Assembly (NCBI RefSeq): GCF_018977255.1
Contig: NW_024704742.1
Span: 69,132,001-69,196,000 of the forward strand
DNA: 64,000 nt
From: Callorhinchus milii
Lineage: Eukaryota
Direction of reading: 5' to 3'
Below are positions 36,773-49,795 of the stretch, piece after piece. Position 1 is the first letter of the stretch; each line of letters starts with the position of its first letter. The position numbers and the translations under genes were made by a program. The notes beneath the pieces are model-generated. The model was not told the DNA's origin, made no database searches, and saw nothing but the letters and a program-made list of their open reading frames with translations.

Positions 36773-38319
36773 AAGTAATAATCCTTCCATTTGATAAGCC
36801 ACTTTCACCTCGGTAGTATGTCCCAAAGCGCTTCACAGGATTTACTATGAAGTGGAGTGACTGTATTTTGTGGGTGAACGCAGTAACCAATTTTGCACTC
36901 AGCAAAGTCCCACAAACAGCCATAGAGTGAGTGACCTTCTTTTGAATAGTGTCATGGAATCTTTAACATCCACCTGAACAGGCAGACAGGTCCTTGTTTT
37001 TAATGTCTCATCTGAAGGACATGGTGCAACAGCTGAGAGGAACCTTCAAACTGAGCTTCCTGTCCTATGGGCAGGTGTATCCTTCGTTCAAGTGGAGCCC
37101 AATAATGGAGTGGTTAGCACGCTCGCCTTGCAAGCAAGAGGACCCGGGTTCAAATCCTAGGCAGGCGCAACCTTGGGCAAGTTTCCTTACTCCACACTTT
37201 TCTGTTTACCGAGCATTAAGTAGGAACCCAGTTGTTAGTCGATTGGCAGATCGCTTTCTGGGGGTTATCATCTCTTTTTAAAAAAAAAATTGGCCACTCA
37301 ATCCACGACTGTTTATGGGACACTGCTGTTTATGCCCATCTAACTCTGAAAGCTATGATAGTGCATTGTCACTGTTTGGAGGTGATGTGAATAAATGGGT
37401 TAATGCGGGGTGGTGAGACCATTGGATTTCCAGTTTGAAAGTTTCAATCATCTGCTTGGATGATTGAAATTAGCAACCTCCTCATCCAATGACTCAAATA
37501 GCTCTCCGATGCCAGTCTTTACAAATGAAAGAAAAAATATTCTGAATGGATCCATCCCAATGAAATGTAGTATATATATGTTGTACAGAAGCCATTTGTT
37601 GCTTGACAATGTTTATATTAAAAAAAAGTAAGTGGAATTAGTGCCATGATGCGCTATTCCCCTCTTGGCTTAATTGCAAAAGTACCTACGTTGTCGATGT
37701 GTACTTGCTAAGTTTAACTATCTTCCGCAAGGTAGGAGCTGAGCACCTTTTAAAAGGGACTAGAGCAGGGAGAGACTGTGCTAAGGACTACTTGGTACTC
37801 ATTCTTCCCTGCTTGGCTGAGTCACTTTAAGATGTTTTATTTGTGTGTCTTAAGAGCCAGATCACTGCCTCTGTGTAAAGCAGCCTTAAAAATCATGTTT
37901 GGAAACTCACTTGCCCTACGAGTGATCAACGGTTGGAAATAAGTACCATCAGACACAATAAGACAGTCTCTATAAAAAAAGACATTCATTGCAAATCACT
38001 TTAATACTTGCTTCTTAACTCTGCCACTGGACATTAAGTTTTTGCTGTTTACATTGGAAAAAAGCTTTCTTAAATTAAATCCCAAGATTTAGCATGTTGA
38101 ATAATTATGCTCATTCAGGTTCATGTAGTTCATTCAATTTGATTTTATTCTAACAGGTTCTGCGTAAAATCCGACAGCAAAGATTCTTTGATAACTTTGT
38201 CATACTGTATTCTTGTTTCTTTATTATCAATCTGCTAGGGTTGGTGGTATTGGGAATGCACTCCATACAAATAATTGGTGCATTGTAACATTGTGACTTC
38301 ATACAAGTCTAAGTGATTC

Positions 38320-38325
38320 AATAAA
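38320..38325 (+). promoter_or_regulatory. Candidate distal polyadenylation signal of EIF2AK3
   Basis: AATAAA at the end of a non-repetitive AT-rich stretch, followed by a GT-containing segment. Confidence 0.4.
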
Positions 38326-38928
38326 GTATTGAATTCTAATCGTGTGATTTCAATGACAATATAGTACCTGGAATAGAAAACAATTTGAATTGTTCTGGCA
38401 AACTACAAATATAATCCTTTCCTTTGATATGAGTACCAAGTGTTTCAGCGTTTTCCTGTAAGTGTAGTGACTATGTTTGTAGGTTATGGTGTTGAGTCTT
38501 GTTGCGTAGTGGTTAGTGTGCTTGTCTTGCAAGCAAGAGGTATCAGCATCTCCAGAGGGGAAGGGAAGCCTTGATTCTCACTCATTCCACAAATGTCTGT
38601 GTGTTAGATATGGGGGACAAGTGCCAGAGCATCAATTCATTCATTATTCCACCTCGTTCACCTGTGGTCATGAATTGGCACTAACGTCTTATGGATACTA
38701 TTGTCTAATTTACTGCTGCTCACATCTGTGGGGAGGGAAGGTGTATTTAAACCAAAATACACTGACTTGCAGGAATCGCTGTGTTCAAAGGTTTCATTAA
38801 ATCTGGCTGTCATTGGAGCCAGTTCCCATGTGTTAATGAGAATCAGTGAAGGTGAGTTTACAAGCTCCTGGGAGTAACATTGGCAGTCGCAATCTGTTTG
38901 TGTGTGGGTATATGTATGTGTACTTGCA

Positions 38929-39265
38929 AATCCTTGCATTTGATATAGCATCTTATTGCGCTGTTGAGCTGTCTCAAAGCGATTCATAGAATATACATTG
39001 ACTATTTTGTGGCCAAATGTGGCAGCCAATTGCACACAGCAGTGTCCTACAAACAGTCATGGATTGAGTGCCCAAATTTTTTTGGGGGGAATTATTACCC
39101 CCAGAAAGCGATCTGCCAATTGACTAGTAACCGGTTCCTACTTACTGCTAAGTAAACAGGTGTTTGGAATAAGGAAACTTGACTAAGGTTTTGCGCCACC
39201 TGGAGAATCGAACCCGTGTCCTCTTGCTTGCGAGGTGAGCCCACTAACCACTACGCTATGGGACG
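38929..39265 (-). mobile_element. tRNA-derived SINE (long subfamily)
   Basis: Full copy in reverse complement. Confidence 0.85.
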
Positions 39266-39399
39266 TCTGGAATACAATCCTGGGCATTCTGAGGGCGTGT
39301 GTATATACAGCTAATGGTTTGCTGCTTATTGCAATATTTAGGGGATGTGTATTTGCAGCTTGGATAGGGAATGGCTATAGAATATGGAAACTCCCTTCT

Positions 39400-39625
39400 C
39401 TTGTATAATGCCATGGATCTTTTAGGGTCCACTTGAACAGGAACAGACAGGACCTTAGTTTAACATTGCATCCGAAGGACGATATCTCTCACAATGCAGC
39501 ACTTCCAAGCACTACACTGTAGTGTCAACCTGTAATGTGGGTACAAAGTCCTGATCTCGGGTATGAACCCACAACCTTCTGATTCAATAGGTGAAAATGC
39601 TACCAATGAGCCAGGCTGACACACT
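39400..39625 (-). mobile_element. Deu-domain-type SINE, 5' portion
   Basis: Ends in gagccaggctgacac, the reverse complement of the head. Confidence 0.75.
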
Positions 39626-39965
39626 GCACCTTCGAGGCAGCTCAGTGTAGTGAGCAAGTCCTGAGCCATAGAGACTAGGAAGGATCCAAGGTCTATTTAC
39701 AACCCGAGCTGACCTGCAGTCCCCGTGCTTTCAGAAGAACAGCATGTCCCAGAGCGAAACTGACAAGAAAATAAATATAATTCAATGGATACATCAATTG
39801 CTAAGGAATGCCCTGGAAGCTGCTCCCAATTATCCAGTGCTACTTGCAGTCCTTTTTTTAAGGTTGTTTAGGGGCAGTGTTTGGCCAATTAAAAAATAAT
39901 GCAAAGTGAATGTGTTCTGATGAGTAATTTTCATCTGATCTTTTGCTGGATAAAGGAGGAGATAG

Positions 39966-40260
39966 AGGGGCAAAACCTTAGTTAAGTTTCCTTACTCCAC
40001 ACACCTCTGTTTACCTAGCAGTAAGTAGGAACCCGGTTGTTATTAGATTGGCGGATCGCTTTCCGGGGGTAATAATCCTTCCAAAAAAAGAATTTGATTA
40101 CTCAATCCACAACTGTTTGTGAGACACTGCTGTGTGCGATTGGCTGCTGCGTTTCGCCCATAAAATATAGTCAATTCACTTTAAAATATATTCTGTGAAG
40201 CGCTTTGAGACTTCTCAACAATGTGATGCGGAGCAATATCAAATGCAAGGATTATTATTT
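39966..40260 (+). mobile_element. 5'-truncated tRNA-derived SINE (long subfamily)
   Basis: Internal segment, Deu-like block and tail. Confidence 0.85.
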
Positions 40261-41294
40261 CTTTATTGAGACTATAGGCTGTTAGGCTTGCCACTCCAGT
40301 GCAGCACTGGGGTGTGGGGGGGGGGGGGTAGAGGGAGTGTGGAGTGGCTGGAGGAGTGCTGTAATTGTCTGATGATCTTTTGGACAAGATGTTAAAACTG
40401 CTCTGAGTCACGAGTTGGGTGGGTTCAAGCCTCATGTTGGAGATGCCGTTCTATGAGTTAGAAGTAAACCAAGGGCCCGTCTTCTCTGTTTAGGTTGACA
40501 TTAAAGGTCTCACGACTCCATTGGGAAAAGAGAAGGACGTTTCTCTCGGTGTCTTGCCCGACAATCTGCCAGACAAAATTGGTCATTCACTTCATGGCTA
40601 ATTGTAAGACATTGCTAATAATAAAAATATTAATAATCCTTGCATTTAATATAATGCCTTATCAAATCGTTGAGACGTCTCAAGGAGCTTCACAGAATAT
40701 ATTGTAAAGTGGATTGACTGTATTTTGTGGGGGCGAAACTGTTCAGGCTGCTGCATTTGCCTACAAAATCCACAGTTACTGCACTTGACAGCAATATAAA
40801 TACAAGATGTTGTTGTGATTTCCCTCTCCTGTTGTTCCCCTCTTTCTGCCATTCCCCTCCCCATCCTCCTGTTCTCCACCTACCACCATGGTTCTTCTCT
40901 CCCTGAGTTCCTTTTCACACAGAGGAGGGGAATCAATATGTAGAACGGATTAACAGAAACTGTCACTGTTGGGGTAAAAGGTGTTAGAGGACAGAATATG
41001 CTAGGATCTGTTTAATAACTAGCTTGGAGGACAATTGAGTGGATATTCTAAAAGGATCAAAGGAGCCCTCTTCATCCAAACTAATTTTGTGTCAGCCTGG
41101 CTCAATTGGCTGCCATGTCATCTAGAAAATACTTAGTCACTGAGTTACAGTATAACCTGTGAAGTGCTTTGAGATGTCCTGACATGAAAGGTGTATCATA
41201 TGTGAGGATTATTATTGGAACTGCAGCAGTGATTGAAGTGAACAAAGCTTTTGCAGGTTTGTGCAAGAACACTTTGATATTTCAGTCTACAAGA

Positions 41295-41910
41295 ACAACT
41301 TGCATCCTCCACTTAGAATAGTGTCTCAGAGCGCTTAACAGTGATGGAGACAGACTCCAAGCTGGGCGGAGGTGGCTGTAAGCACGGTCGAAGAAGAAAG
41401 TTTTCAGGCAGTCCTTGAAAGAGGGGAGAGAGGGACAAGGCGGAGGGATTGAGGGAGAGTGTTCCAGAATTTGGGGCATAGTGGCTGAAAGCACAACCTC
41501 TGATGGTGGGGTGGAGGGTGCGAGGGACGAGCAGGAGTCCAGTGCCAGTCGAGTGGAGGCGCCAGTTGGTGGATTGGGGAGTGAGGAGGTTGGAGAGGTA
41601 GGGAGGTGCCAGAGAGTGAATGGATTTGAGTGAGAATTTTGAAGTTATCCGTTCGGTGATAGGGAGCCAGTGGAGCCAGGCCAGAACTGGTAAGACGTGG
41701 GTACGGAGTTTGGTCCGGGTCAGTATATGGGCAGCAGAGTTTTGAATGAGCTGGTTCTTGTGAATGGTGGAGCTGGGGAGACCGGTGAGGAGTGTGTTGG
41801 AGTAATCCACGCAGGAGGTGACAAACGCAAGCACGAGGGTTTATGCTGCATTTGGGGTAATGTATGGTTGGAGGCGGGCAATGTGGCAGAGGTGGAAGAA
41901 AGCTTCTCCA
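41295..41910 (-). mobile_element. L2 LINE 3' fragment
   Basis: Translation AFVTSCVDYSNTLLTGLP...QLIQNSAAHILT...LHWLPITERI. Confidence 0.88.
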
Positions 41911-42149
41911 CATTTTAATTTCCGAAAAAGACTCCAATACAAAAGGGTCTGTGACACATCCTTCAGCAAAAGTCGCCAACAGCTCTTGCCGTGAAGAGAT
42001 GACCTGAGACTGATTGCTCAGAACAAATTGTTCCTTATGTGAGCGTTTTGCTGCCAAAAGATGCCCTTATTCATTTCACAAAGCAAAGGTTTTAACAGTT
42101 GACTGTCAAAAACTCAAAAGAACAAAGTAGTTCAATGAGAAAAGGTTAG

Positions 42150-42385
42150 GTCTCTTCCTGCTGCTTGTCCAGCTAGGACTATCGTATCCGTTAGGGCTTT
42201 GGCTTGCAGGGTTAACGGGAGCTGAGTGGGATGACTGTCTGCCCTCAGTGACTGGTCTGCCCTTCCAGGACCTGCCAATGATCCAGCCTGGGCTGTCATC
42301 AGCAGTGCCCTGGAATACTGCGGACCAGCCTGGCTCAGAAACTGGACTAGAGACCGTCACAGACGGCTGGCTTGATTCTAACATC
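42150..42385 (-). repeat. Unclassified interspersed repeat, 5' part
   Basis: Reverse complement of the 8268-8500 family. Confidence 0.85.
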
Positions 42386-44486
42386 TCAACGATGCAGAAC
42401 TCCCCCAACACTGGAGTGTCAGCCTGGTCTTTTTGCTCAAAGTCCTGACTGTTGGACTTCAAACCACAACCTTCTAACTCAGAGATTGATTAGTGTCAGC
42501 CTGACAACTACAATAAGTAAAGAATACAGAAGATTGAAGAGGGGTATGGACCATGGGAAACACTGGAAAGAATACCTTCACACTATGCTTTAGCTTGTAG
42601 TTGACAGCCCACAGAGGTAACAGTGAGGCTGATTTTCAGTCTAATGGGACAATAGTTGTAACTGGAGTTACCTGAAGGTCAATTTTACAAGCTGTAAATA
42701 AATTGCTCAGTCCCCTGGAATTACTGCAGTCAGGATGACTCATCCGTGCACATTGATCGGCTTCTTTGCCCGCAGCATCAACAATGCTGTTACAACACCC
42801 TGAGTGCTGGTAAATAGTGCATTAACCAACAACAATTTACTGTGGCGGAGTCCTTTAATGTCCTGCAAGTGTAATGGTTAGAGCACTCACTTCGCAAGCG
42901 AGAGGACACGGGTTCTGATCCCGGGTGGGACGAAACCTTAGTCAAGCTTCTGTACTCCACACGCCTCTGTTTACCTAGCAGTAAATAGCAAGCCGGTTGT
43001 CCCCTGTCCTGCCTGCCCACCATGGGCAGTCGGATCTTCAGTCTCTCTGCCTCCACCCTTTAGAACTCAATTCCACAGTCCCTTCACCTCACAATCTCCC
43101 TTGTGGGTAAATTTCTCCTCCTTTGCCTCCTTCAAGCCCGTCTCAAGACCCTCCACTTTGACCGCGCCTTTGGTCACCCTCCTACCCCTTCCCTCCCTGC
43201 TCTCCACCCTTCCTGATTCCAACCCTAGCTCGTGCCCAAATCCTGCTCGTTCAACGCCTTGGGGCATCCTCCTGACGTGAAAGGCGCTGTACAATGTAAT
43301 TTGTTGTTGTTTCACAGTGATGGGTTTGGAACCTGAACTAAGAAGGTTTAGGGAAGCTGACCATAAGTGTAGTTGAAGAGATAGGTTTTGAGGTGGGATT
43401 TTAAGGTAGATAAAGGAGGAAGAGGTGGAGAATTCCAGAGGTAAGGAGTCTAAAGGCTGCAGGCACAGCCACTGATGATCAGCAGCTGGAAGGCATCAGT
43501 TTAAGATATTTAGCAAACATTAATTTTTTTCATGCAGTTAGGATAATTGAATGCCCGGTGATTGAGGAACAATTAAAATTAGCATTAAAATTATAATTAG
43601 ATTGATGGTACTTATCCTTGCATTTGATGTAGCACCTTATCTCATTGTCGAGACGTCTCAAAGTGCTTCACAGGATTTACTGTAAAGTGACTTGATTATT
43701 TTGTGGACGAAACATGGCAGCCAGTTGCACCCAGCAATGTTGCGCAAACAGCCACAAAATCGGCGAGAGGCCAATTTTATTTTGGGGATTGTTAGCCAGG
43801 ATCCTGGGAACAGGTAGACGGGACCTTGGTTTAACGGGACCTTACCTCTGGAAATCCACCGCTCCTTCTGCGCTGCACTGGAGCATCAGCCTTGACTACG
43901 AGTTCAAAGTCCTGATGTGGACAGCGAGTAGGAATGATTTGGACAATGTGCTGAAGCTGAACATGTTGCTGTGAAATTTTAAAAAAATCAGATGACGTAA
44001 TCCATTTAGCTGTGAAATCAACACACAGTGACTGTTTCACACAGAGAAGCTTATTATAATAAACTGAGCTGGTTATTAAGATTACAGAGACCACCTCAAT
44101 ATAGCACTGATCCTTCACACACTGTGGCCTTTTAGGACCATTAATAACCATTGATTTCATAACAATCATAATCCTTGAATTTGACACGGCCCCTTTCCAC
44201 GTAGTTGAAACATCTCATAGTGCTTCACAACGTTTACTGCAGTGACTGTGAACTTGCAGGCAAATGTTCAGCCAATTTGTGCACATTGTACAATTTATAT
44301 AATACCTATATCATTAAGAATGTCTGTTTGCTTCTGGAAAGTCTAGTGACTGTGAGTTTATACATGAATGCAATTTACATGCAGCAATGTCCTACAAAGA
44401 GCCTTCAATTAAATGAAGGATCAGTTCTATGTCGGGGGGGATGTTGTTGGCCAGGACACCAAGAGAGAGAACCTTCTTTTCCAATC

Positions 44487-44783
44487 TAATAATAATCCTT
44501 GCATTCGATATAGTGCTTTTCACGTCTTCTAGACGTCTCAAAGCGCTTCACACAATGTACTGTAAAGTGAATTGACTGTATATTTGTGGGTGAAACACGG
44601 CAGCCAATTGCGCAGTGTCCCACAAACAGTCGTGGATTGAAGTGACCAATTCATTATTATTTTATTACGTGTTTTGTTTCTTGAGGGATTATTATCAGGC
44701 TTGTGGAGTAAGGTGTCTCTCTGCCAGGAATCAAGCCAGGTCCCTCGCTTGCAAGTGCTCTAATTACTGAGCTACAGGACTCC
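44487..44783 (-). mobile_element. tRNA-derived SINE
   Basis: Tail through head (gagctacaggactcc), lacking the long internal segment. Confidence 0.85.
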
Positions 44784-45609
44784 TATATATCACGGGAGCT
44801 TTATCGTTTGCCTAAGCAAGCAGACGGGACTTTGGTTTAACATCTCATCTAACAGACAGTATAATGCATCCTCTCTCTCTAACATTGCACTAGTCTGCCT
44901 GGACCAGGGTGAGTCAACCTTTTGGCTGCTGAGGGACAGATGTCCTATTTGAGAAACAACCGCATCCCACAGGAGCAATACTTTTATATGGTGATTGGTT
45001 TCTGCATGTGTCAGACAACTGGCTGACCAAAAAAAAGGCAGATTAAAAAATTGGTCAGTTCACGGCTGCTTCAGGGATGTTGCTGTGCTCAAACTGGCTC
45101 CCACGTTTGCCTTCAAAATACACAGTCACTACATTTTACAAAAAAAAATGATGTGAAGCACTTTGTGACATTTTGAATGATGCAATAAGGCACATGGAAA
45201 GCCAATTATCCTTCAAACAAAATAAATGTCAGCAACAACAGCAACTAGTGTCTCGGAGTTAGAAGGACAATAATAATAATAATCCTTGCATTTTGATATA
45301 GCACCTTATCAGGTCATTGAGACGTCTCAAAATGCTTCACAGAATATATTGTATAGTGAATTGACTGTATATTTTGTGGGCGAAACTCGAGGGCCAATAG
45401 CGCACAGCTGTGTCCCACAAAGCGACGTTGCAGACTCTGATTAGACATTCCAGTTACTGGGCATTGGGGTTAACGGGAAATACCTGTTTGTGTGTAACTC
45501 TGACTTGGTTGAGTTACCTTTGAAATACCGACGGAGTTAGGAGAAAAGCAGAGGCCACTTAGTACAAAAGTGTTTTCACATACATCAAGGTGTGAGAAGC
45601 GTCGCAGCT

Positions 45610-45770
45610 CACTCACACCGCTCCTCGGGATGTCTAAATATAATTAAACCTCTGTACTGAATACAATGAAGTGCTTCTAAGTACAATATCATCATTCTTC
45701 CATGTTTCAGTTGTTGATCAGTGCACTGTAGAAAAAAACATGGGGGTAACAGGATTTTGTGGACACCCTG
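45610..45770 (-). mobile_element. Half copy of the Tc1/mariner-type MITE
   Basis: Reverse complement of 19601-19760, including the TIR gggtaacaggattttgtggacaccctg. Confidence 0.8.
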
Positions 45771-46011
45771 AACATGTGAGCGTGCCGTGTACACGTGAAT
45801 ATGCTCACACGCATGTGTATGCCCATGTATGTGCAGACCAGTGGTGGCCTCTGGCGGACCTCCTGTGGGCGAGTCGGAGGCCGTGTACGTATCCCATTCT
45901 TCCCCCCACCCCCACACCACACACGCACACAAACAAAAGATTACACTTATATAGCGTCCTTCATGTTGGGAAGATGTCCCAACACACACAGTGGTAGAGA
46001 AGCTGCACAGG

Positions 46012-46152
46012 TCACTGTTTGTTGTCAGTCTCAACGCCCAGGGCAGCCTTGGCCCTGCCCTGTGGGTCCTGTGCCGTGCGGGAGAAGGTGACGATGGAAA
46101 CCATGTCCTCCCCGATGTCCACCCGGCCCCGACACCGCCGACAGCACAGCAT
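46012..46152 (-). CDS. Aminergic class A GPCR, last coding exon (C-tail)
   Basis: AG acceptor in phase 0. Encodes MLCCRRCRGRVDIGEDMVSIVTFSRTAQD...DNKQ*, with Cys residues at the expected palmitoylation position after helix 8. Confidence 0.8.
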   Translation of the reverse strand: MLCCRRCRGRVDIGEDMVSIVTFSRTAQDPQGRAKAALGVETDNKQ

Positions 46153-46468
46153 CTTAAACATAACAACAGGAGAATTGGACAAAGAAGACCAAGGTCCATC
46201 CAGTTCACCTTCCACCACCCTGGCATGTCATGTCCAAACTATAGACTGTATCCTGAAATATTATTTCCTAACAGCATTCTCTCTCATTTATTCTTGAACG
46301 AATCCACACTTGCTACCTCCATCGTCTCCCTAAGTAGCCTTTACATTTACTACTCGCTCGCTCAAATAGTGTTTCCGCAGATTTGTTCTGAATTTACTCC
46401 CTTCAATAACAGGCTGCGTCCTCTGGTTCTACTGTTCACTACAAAATAAACAGCTTATCGTAGGTTAC

Positions 46469-46724
46469 CTTGCCCAGGGCTCGCTGAAAATCCCGGTTGA
46501 GGAAGGCGTAGAGGAGCGGGTTGAGGGTGGAGTTGCAGTAGCCCAGCCAGGTGATGACCTTGAAGAGGAGCTGGAGCCCAGGGCCGGCTCCTTCGGGGCC
46601 GCCGGGGGCCGCCAGCCAGACATTCAGGACAAAGTAAGGCAGCCAGCACAGGACGAAGGCGGAGATAATGATGGTCATTGTCCTCGTGGCTTTGTTCTCC
46701 AGCTGTAGGTTCTTTTGTCGTTTG
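46469..46724 (-). CDS. Aminergic GPCR coding exon 4 (ICL3, TM6, TM7, helix 8)
   Basis: AG/GT bounded, 256 bp. Encodes ENKATRTMTIIISAFVLCWLPYFVLNV...TWLGYCNSTLNPLLYAFLNRDFQRALGK. Confidence 0.95.
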
Positions 46725-46917
46725 CTGTTAATAACAATAATCCTCGCATTTGATACAGCAACTTATCACGTCATTGGCCGCGCTTTCAACCACTACCCCG
46801 TGCAACTCTTTGACTCTCTTCCTCTAACCTTCCACCTTGCCCTCTCCTTCTCCATCTTATCATTCTTACATCATTCACGATGGAGAGCGTATTGATCTAA
46901 TATTAATATTCTCTGCT

Positions 46918-47880
46918 CAGAGTCCTGTAGTTTAGTGGTTAGCGCGCTCGTCTCGCAAGGAGAGGACCCGGGTTCGATTCCTGGGCGGGGCAAAACTTTA
47001 GGCAAGTTTCCTTACTCCACACACTTGTTCACCTAGCAGTAAATAGGAACCCGGTTGTTAGTCGATTGGCGGATCACTTTCCCTGTAATCCCTCACAAAT
47101 TCCTCTCCTCAAAATAATAAATTGAGACATCTCAATGACGTATAAGTTGCTTTATCAAATACAAGGATTATTATTACTATTATCTTCAGATTGCACCTGA
47201 AGACCTTCCTCTTCAACCATGCCTATGGTCAGCTTTCTCCGGCTCGACGTCATGCTCTGCCACTGTCAAGCGCTCTGGGACACTACGCTGCAAGTTGTTG
47301 TTGAGACGTCTCAAAAGCGCTTCAAAGAATATATGTAGAGTGAACTGACTTTTATATTTTGTGGGTGAAACACGGCAGCTAATTGCGCACAGCAGTGTCC
47401 TACGAACAGTTGTAGATTGAATGACCCCATTTATTTTGTTATTTTATTTCATAGAAATGGTCACCTGTTATTAAGGGATTATTACCCCTGGAAAGTGATC
47501 AGCTAATCGACTAACAACCGGGTTTCTACTTACTGGAAGTTAAACAGAGGCGTGTGGAGTAAGGAAACTTGCCTAAGGTTTCCCCTGCCCGGGAATCAAA
47601 CCCGGGTCCTCTCGCTTGCGAGGTGAGTGCACTAACCACTGAGCTACAGGATTCCGTGTGTAGCGCTTTTTCACGTTGTTGAGACATCTCAATAACAACA
47701 ATTTGCATTTATGTAGCGCCCCTCAAGCTTGACAGTCGCCATTAAGAACGTCTCAAAGCGCTTCACAGAATATACTGCGAAGTGAATTGTCTGCATATTT
47801 TATGGGTGAAACTCGGCAGCCAATTGCGCACAGCAGTGTCCCACAAGCAGTCGTTGATTGAGTGACCAAAATTATTATTG
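46918..47880. mobile_element. SINE cluster in GPCR intron 3: + copy 46918-47180, - copy 47303-47660, - truncated copy 47748-47880
   Basis: Family motifs are recognisable on both strands. Confidence 0.85.
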
Positions 47881-47906
47881 TTATTTTATTTCATAGAAAT
47901 GCTCAC

Positions 47907-48185
47907 CTGTTGGGATGGTAGTGGATCTCCAGGGCCTGGGAGACCACGCGGGTAGCTTTGAGCCGTGAGACCCGGTAGATGATGAAGTAGGTGCCGCACA
48001 TGATGAGGAAGGGCAGGTAGAAGGCCAGCGCTGAGGCCACGATGGCAAACGTGCGGTTGGTCACAAAGACGCAATCATTCCGTGCGTCTGGCTCCAGCCC
48101 CTGGATTTCATTCCAGCCCTTCATGACCGGCAGGAAGGAGATGAGAGAGGAGTAGACCCAGATAGTCAATGTCATCCCGATGCAT
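47907..48185 (-). CDS. Aminergic GPCR coding exon 3 (TM4, ECL2, TM5)
   Basis: AG/GT bounded, 279 bp. Encodes CIGMTLTIWVYSSLISFLPVMKGW...CVFVTNRTFAIVASALAFYLPFLIMCGTYFIIYRV. Confidence 0.95.
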
Positions 48186-48535
48186 CTGAGAGAGAGAGAG
48201 AGAGAGAGCAAGGGATGGAGAGTGAGATAGAGGGAGAGAAAGAAAGTGACAGAGTGTGGGAGAGGGAGAGAAAGAGAGAGAGAGAGAAAAAGACAGTGAG
48301 AGACAGTAAAGTGTGGAAGAACAGAGAGAAGAGTGAGACAGTGAGTGGATGACAGTCACAGAGAAAAGAAAGAGTCAGAGAGAGGGAGAGAAGAGAAAGA
48401 ATGGATTGAGCGAGAGAAAAGAGTGAGAGAGTGAGTGAATCAGATAAATGAGGGAGATAGCAAGAGAGAAAGAAAAGAGAGAGTGGGTGAGAGAATAAAG
48501 AAAGAGAGAGGGAAAGAAATGAAAAAGAGAAAGAA
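48186..48535. repeat. GA-rich simple repeat (extended polypyrimidine tract of GPCR exon 3 on the - strand)
   Basis: Directly visible. Confidence 0.9.
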
Positions 48536-49149
48536 TAATGATAGCCAAGTGCGCTACATTGTTGTAGATCCCGTCCTATATATGAAACGTTAAACCGAGG
48601 TCCCGTCTGCCTGTTAAAGATCCCATGGCACTATTTGATGAGAGAAGGGAGATTCTCCTGGTGTCTTGGCCATCACTGGGAGAGAAACTTCTCTTTTCAA
48701 ATAGTCCCCCGAATAAAACTGATCATTCACTTCAGGGCTGTTTGTCAGCATTTTCTGGGAGCAAATTGGCTGCCTCGTTCGCCTACAGAATATATAGTCA
48801 CTACACTTTCCAGTATATCATGTGAAATGCTTTGAGATGTTCTCCCAATGTCATTTGGGCTATATCAATTGCCCTGGTTGACAATCCCCCAGATAAAATT
48901 GCTCATTACATCCCTACAGTTTGTCATTCACTTCAGAAATGCTCTCTTTGAAGAAAATGACCACTGTTTTGTTCTGAAGATCTGGTTCCTTCCTTGTGGG
49001 AGGATGATTCGAAATGCTTCACAGCAAGTGTAGCAAGCATGTGAATACTTTATCCAATTTGCACACAGCAATGTCCTTTAAATACCCATGAAATGAATGA
49101 CTCATTTTATCTGGGGGATTGTTGGCCAAGATATATTCAAAAAATTTGT

Positions 49150-49420
49150 ATAGAATGTACCGCAAAAAAAACAAGCCACTTGACTCAACCAGTCCGTGTT
49201 GGTGTTTATACTCCACAGAAGTCTTCGCCCACGCCTTACTCCCTCCCGCACCCTTCTATTCCCCCCTCCCTCATGTGAAGGTCCAGCTTCCTCTTGAATA
49301 CTTCTACACACTCTGAATTCGCCCACTGTTTCAGGCAGCGAGTTCCACAACCTCACTGGTCTCTGTTGAATGAAGTAGCTCCTCCTAATTTCTCTTTTAG
49401 ATCCATAGATCCGTAGAGTA
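49150..49420 (-). mobile_element. CR1 LINE 3' fragment
   Basis: Reverse complement of the family at 930-1502. Translation includes RLWNSLPETV. Confidence 0.75.
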
Positions 49421-49795
49421 GTGAGACTCTCGCAAAGTGAGAGTCACCAGGTTTGATTCCCGCACAGGGCGAAACGTTGGGCAAGTTCTCAAGCAAGGCC
49501 AAACTTTAGGCAGATTTCCTTACTCCACATGCCTCTGTTTACCTAGCAGTATGTAGGAACCCAGTTGTTAATCGATTGGTGGATCACTTTCCAGGGGGTA
49601 ACAATCCCTTCAAAACCAAATTGGTCACTCAATCCACAATAGTTTGTGGGACACTGCTGTGTGTAATTGGCTGCCGCATTTTGCCCACAAAATATACAGT
49701 CAATCCACTTTACAATATATCCTGTGAAGCGCCTTGAGATGTCTTGATGACATGATGAGGCGCTATATCAAATGCAAGGATTATATTATTATAAT
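49410..49795 (+). mobile_element. tRNA-derived SINE (long subfamily)
   Basis: Family motifs with a partial internal duplication. Confidence 0.8.
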
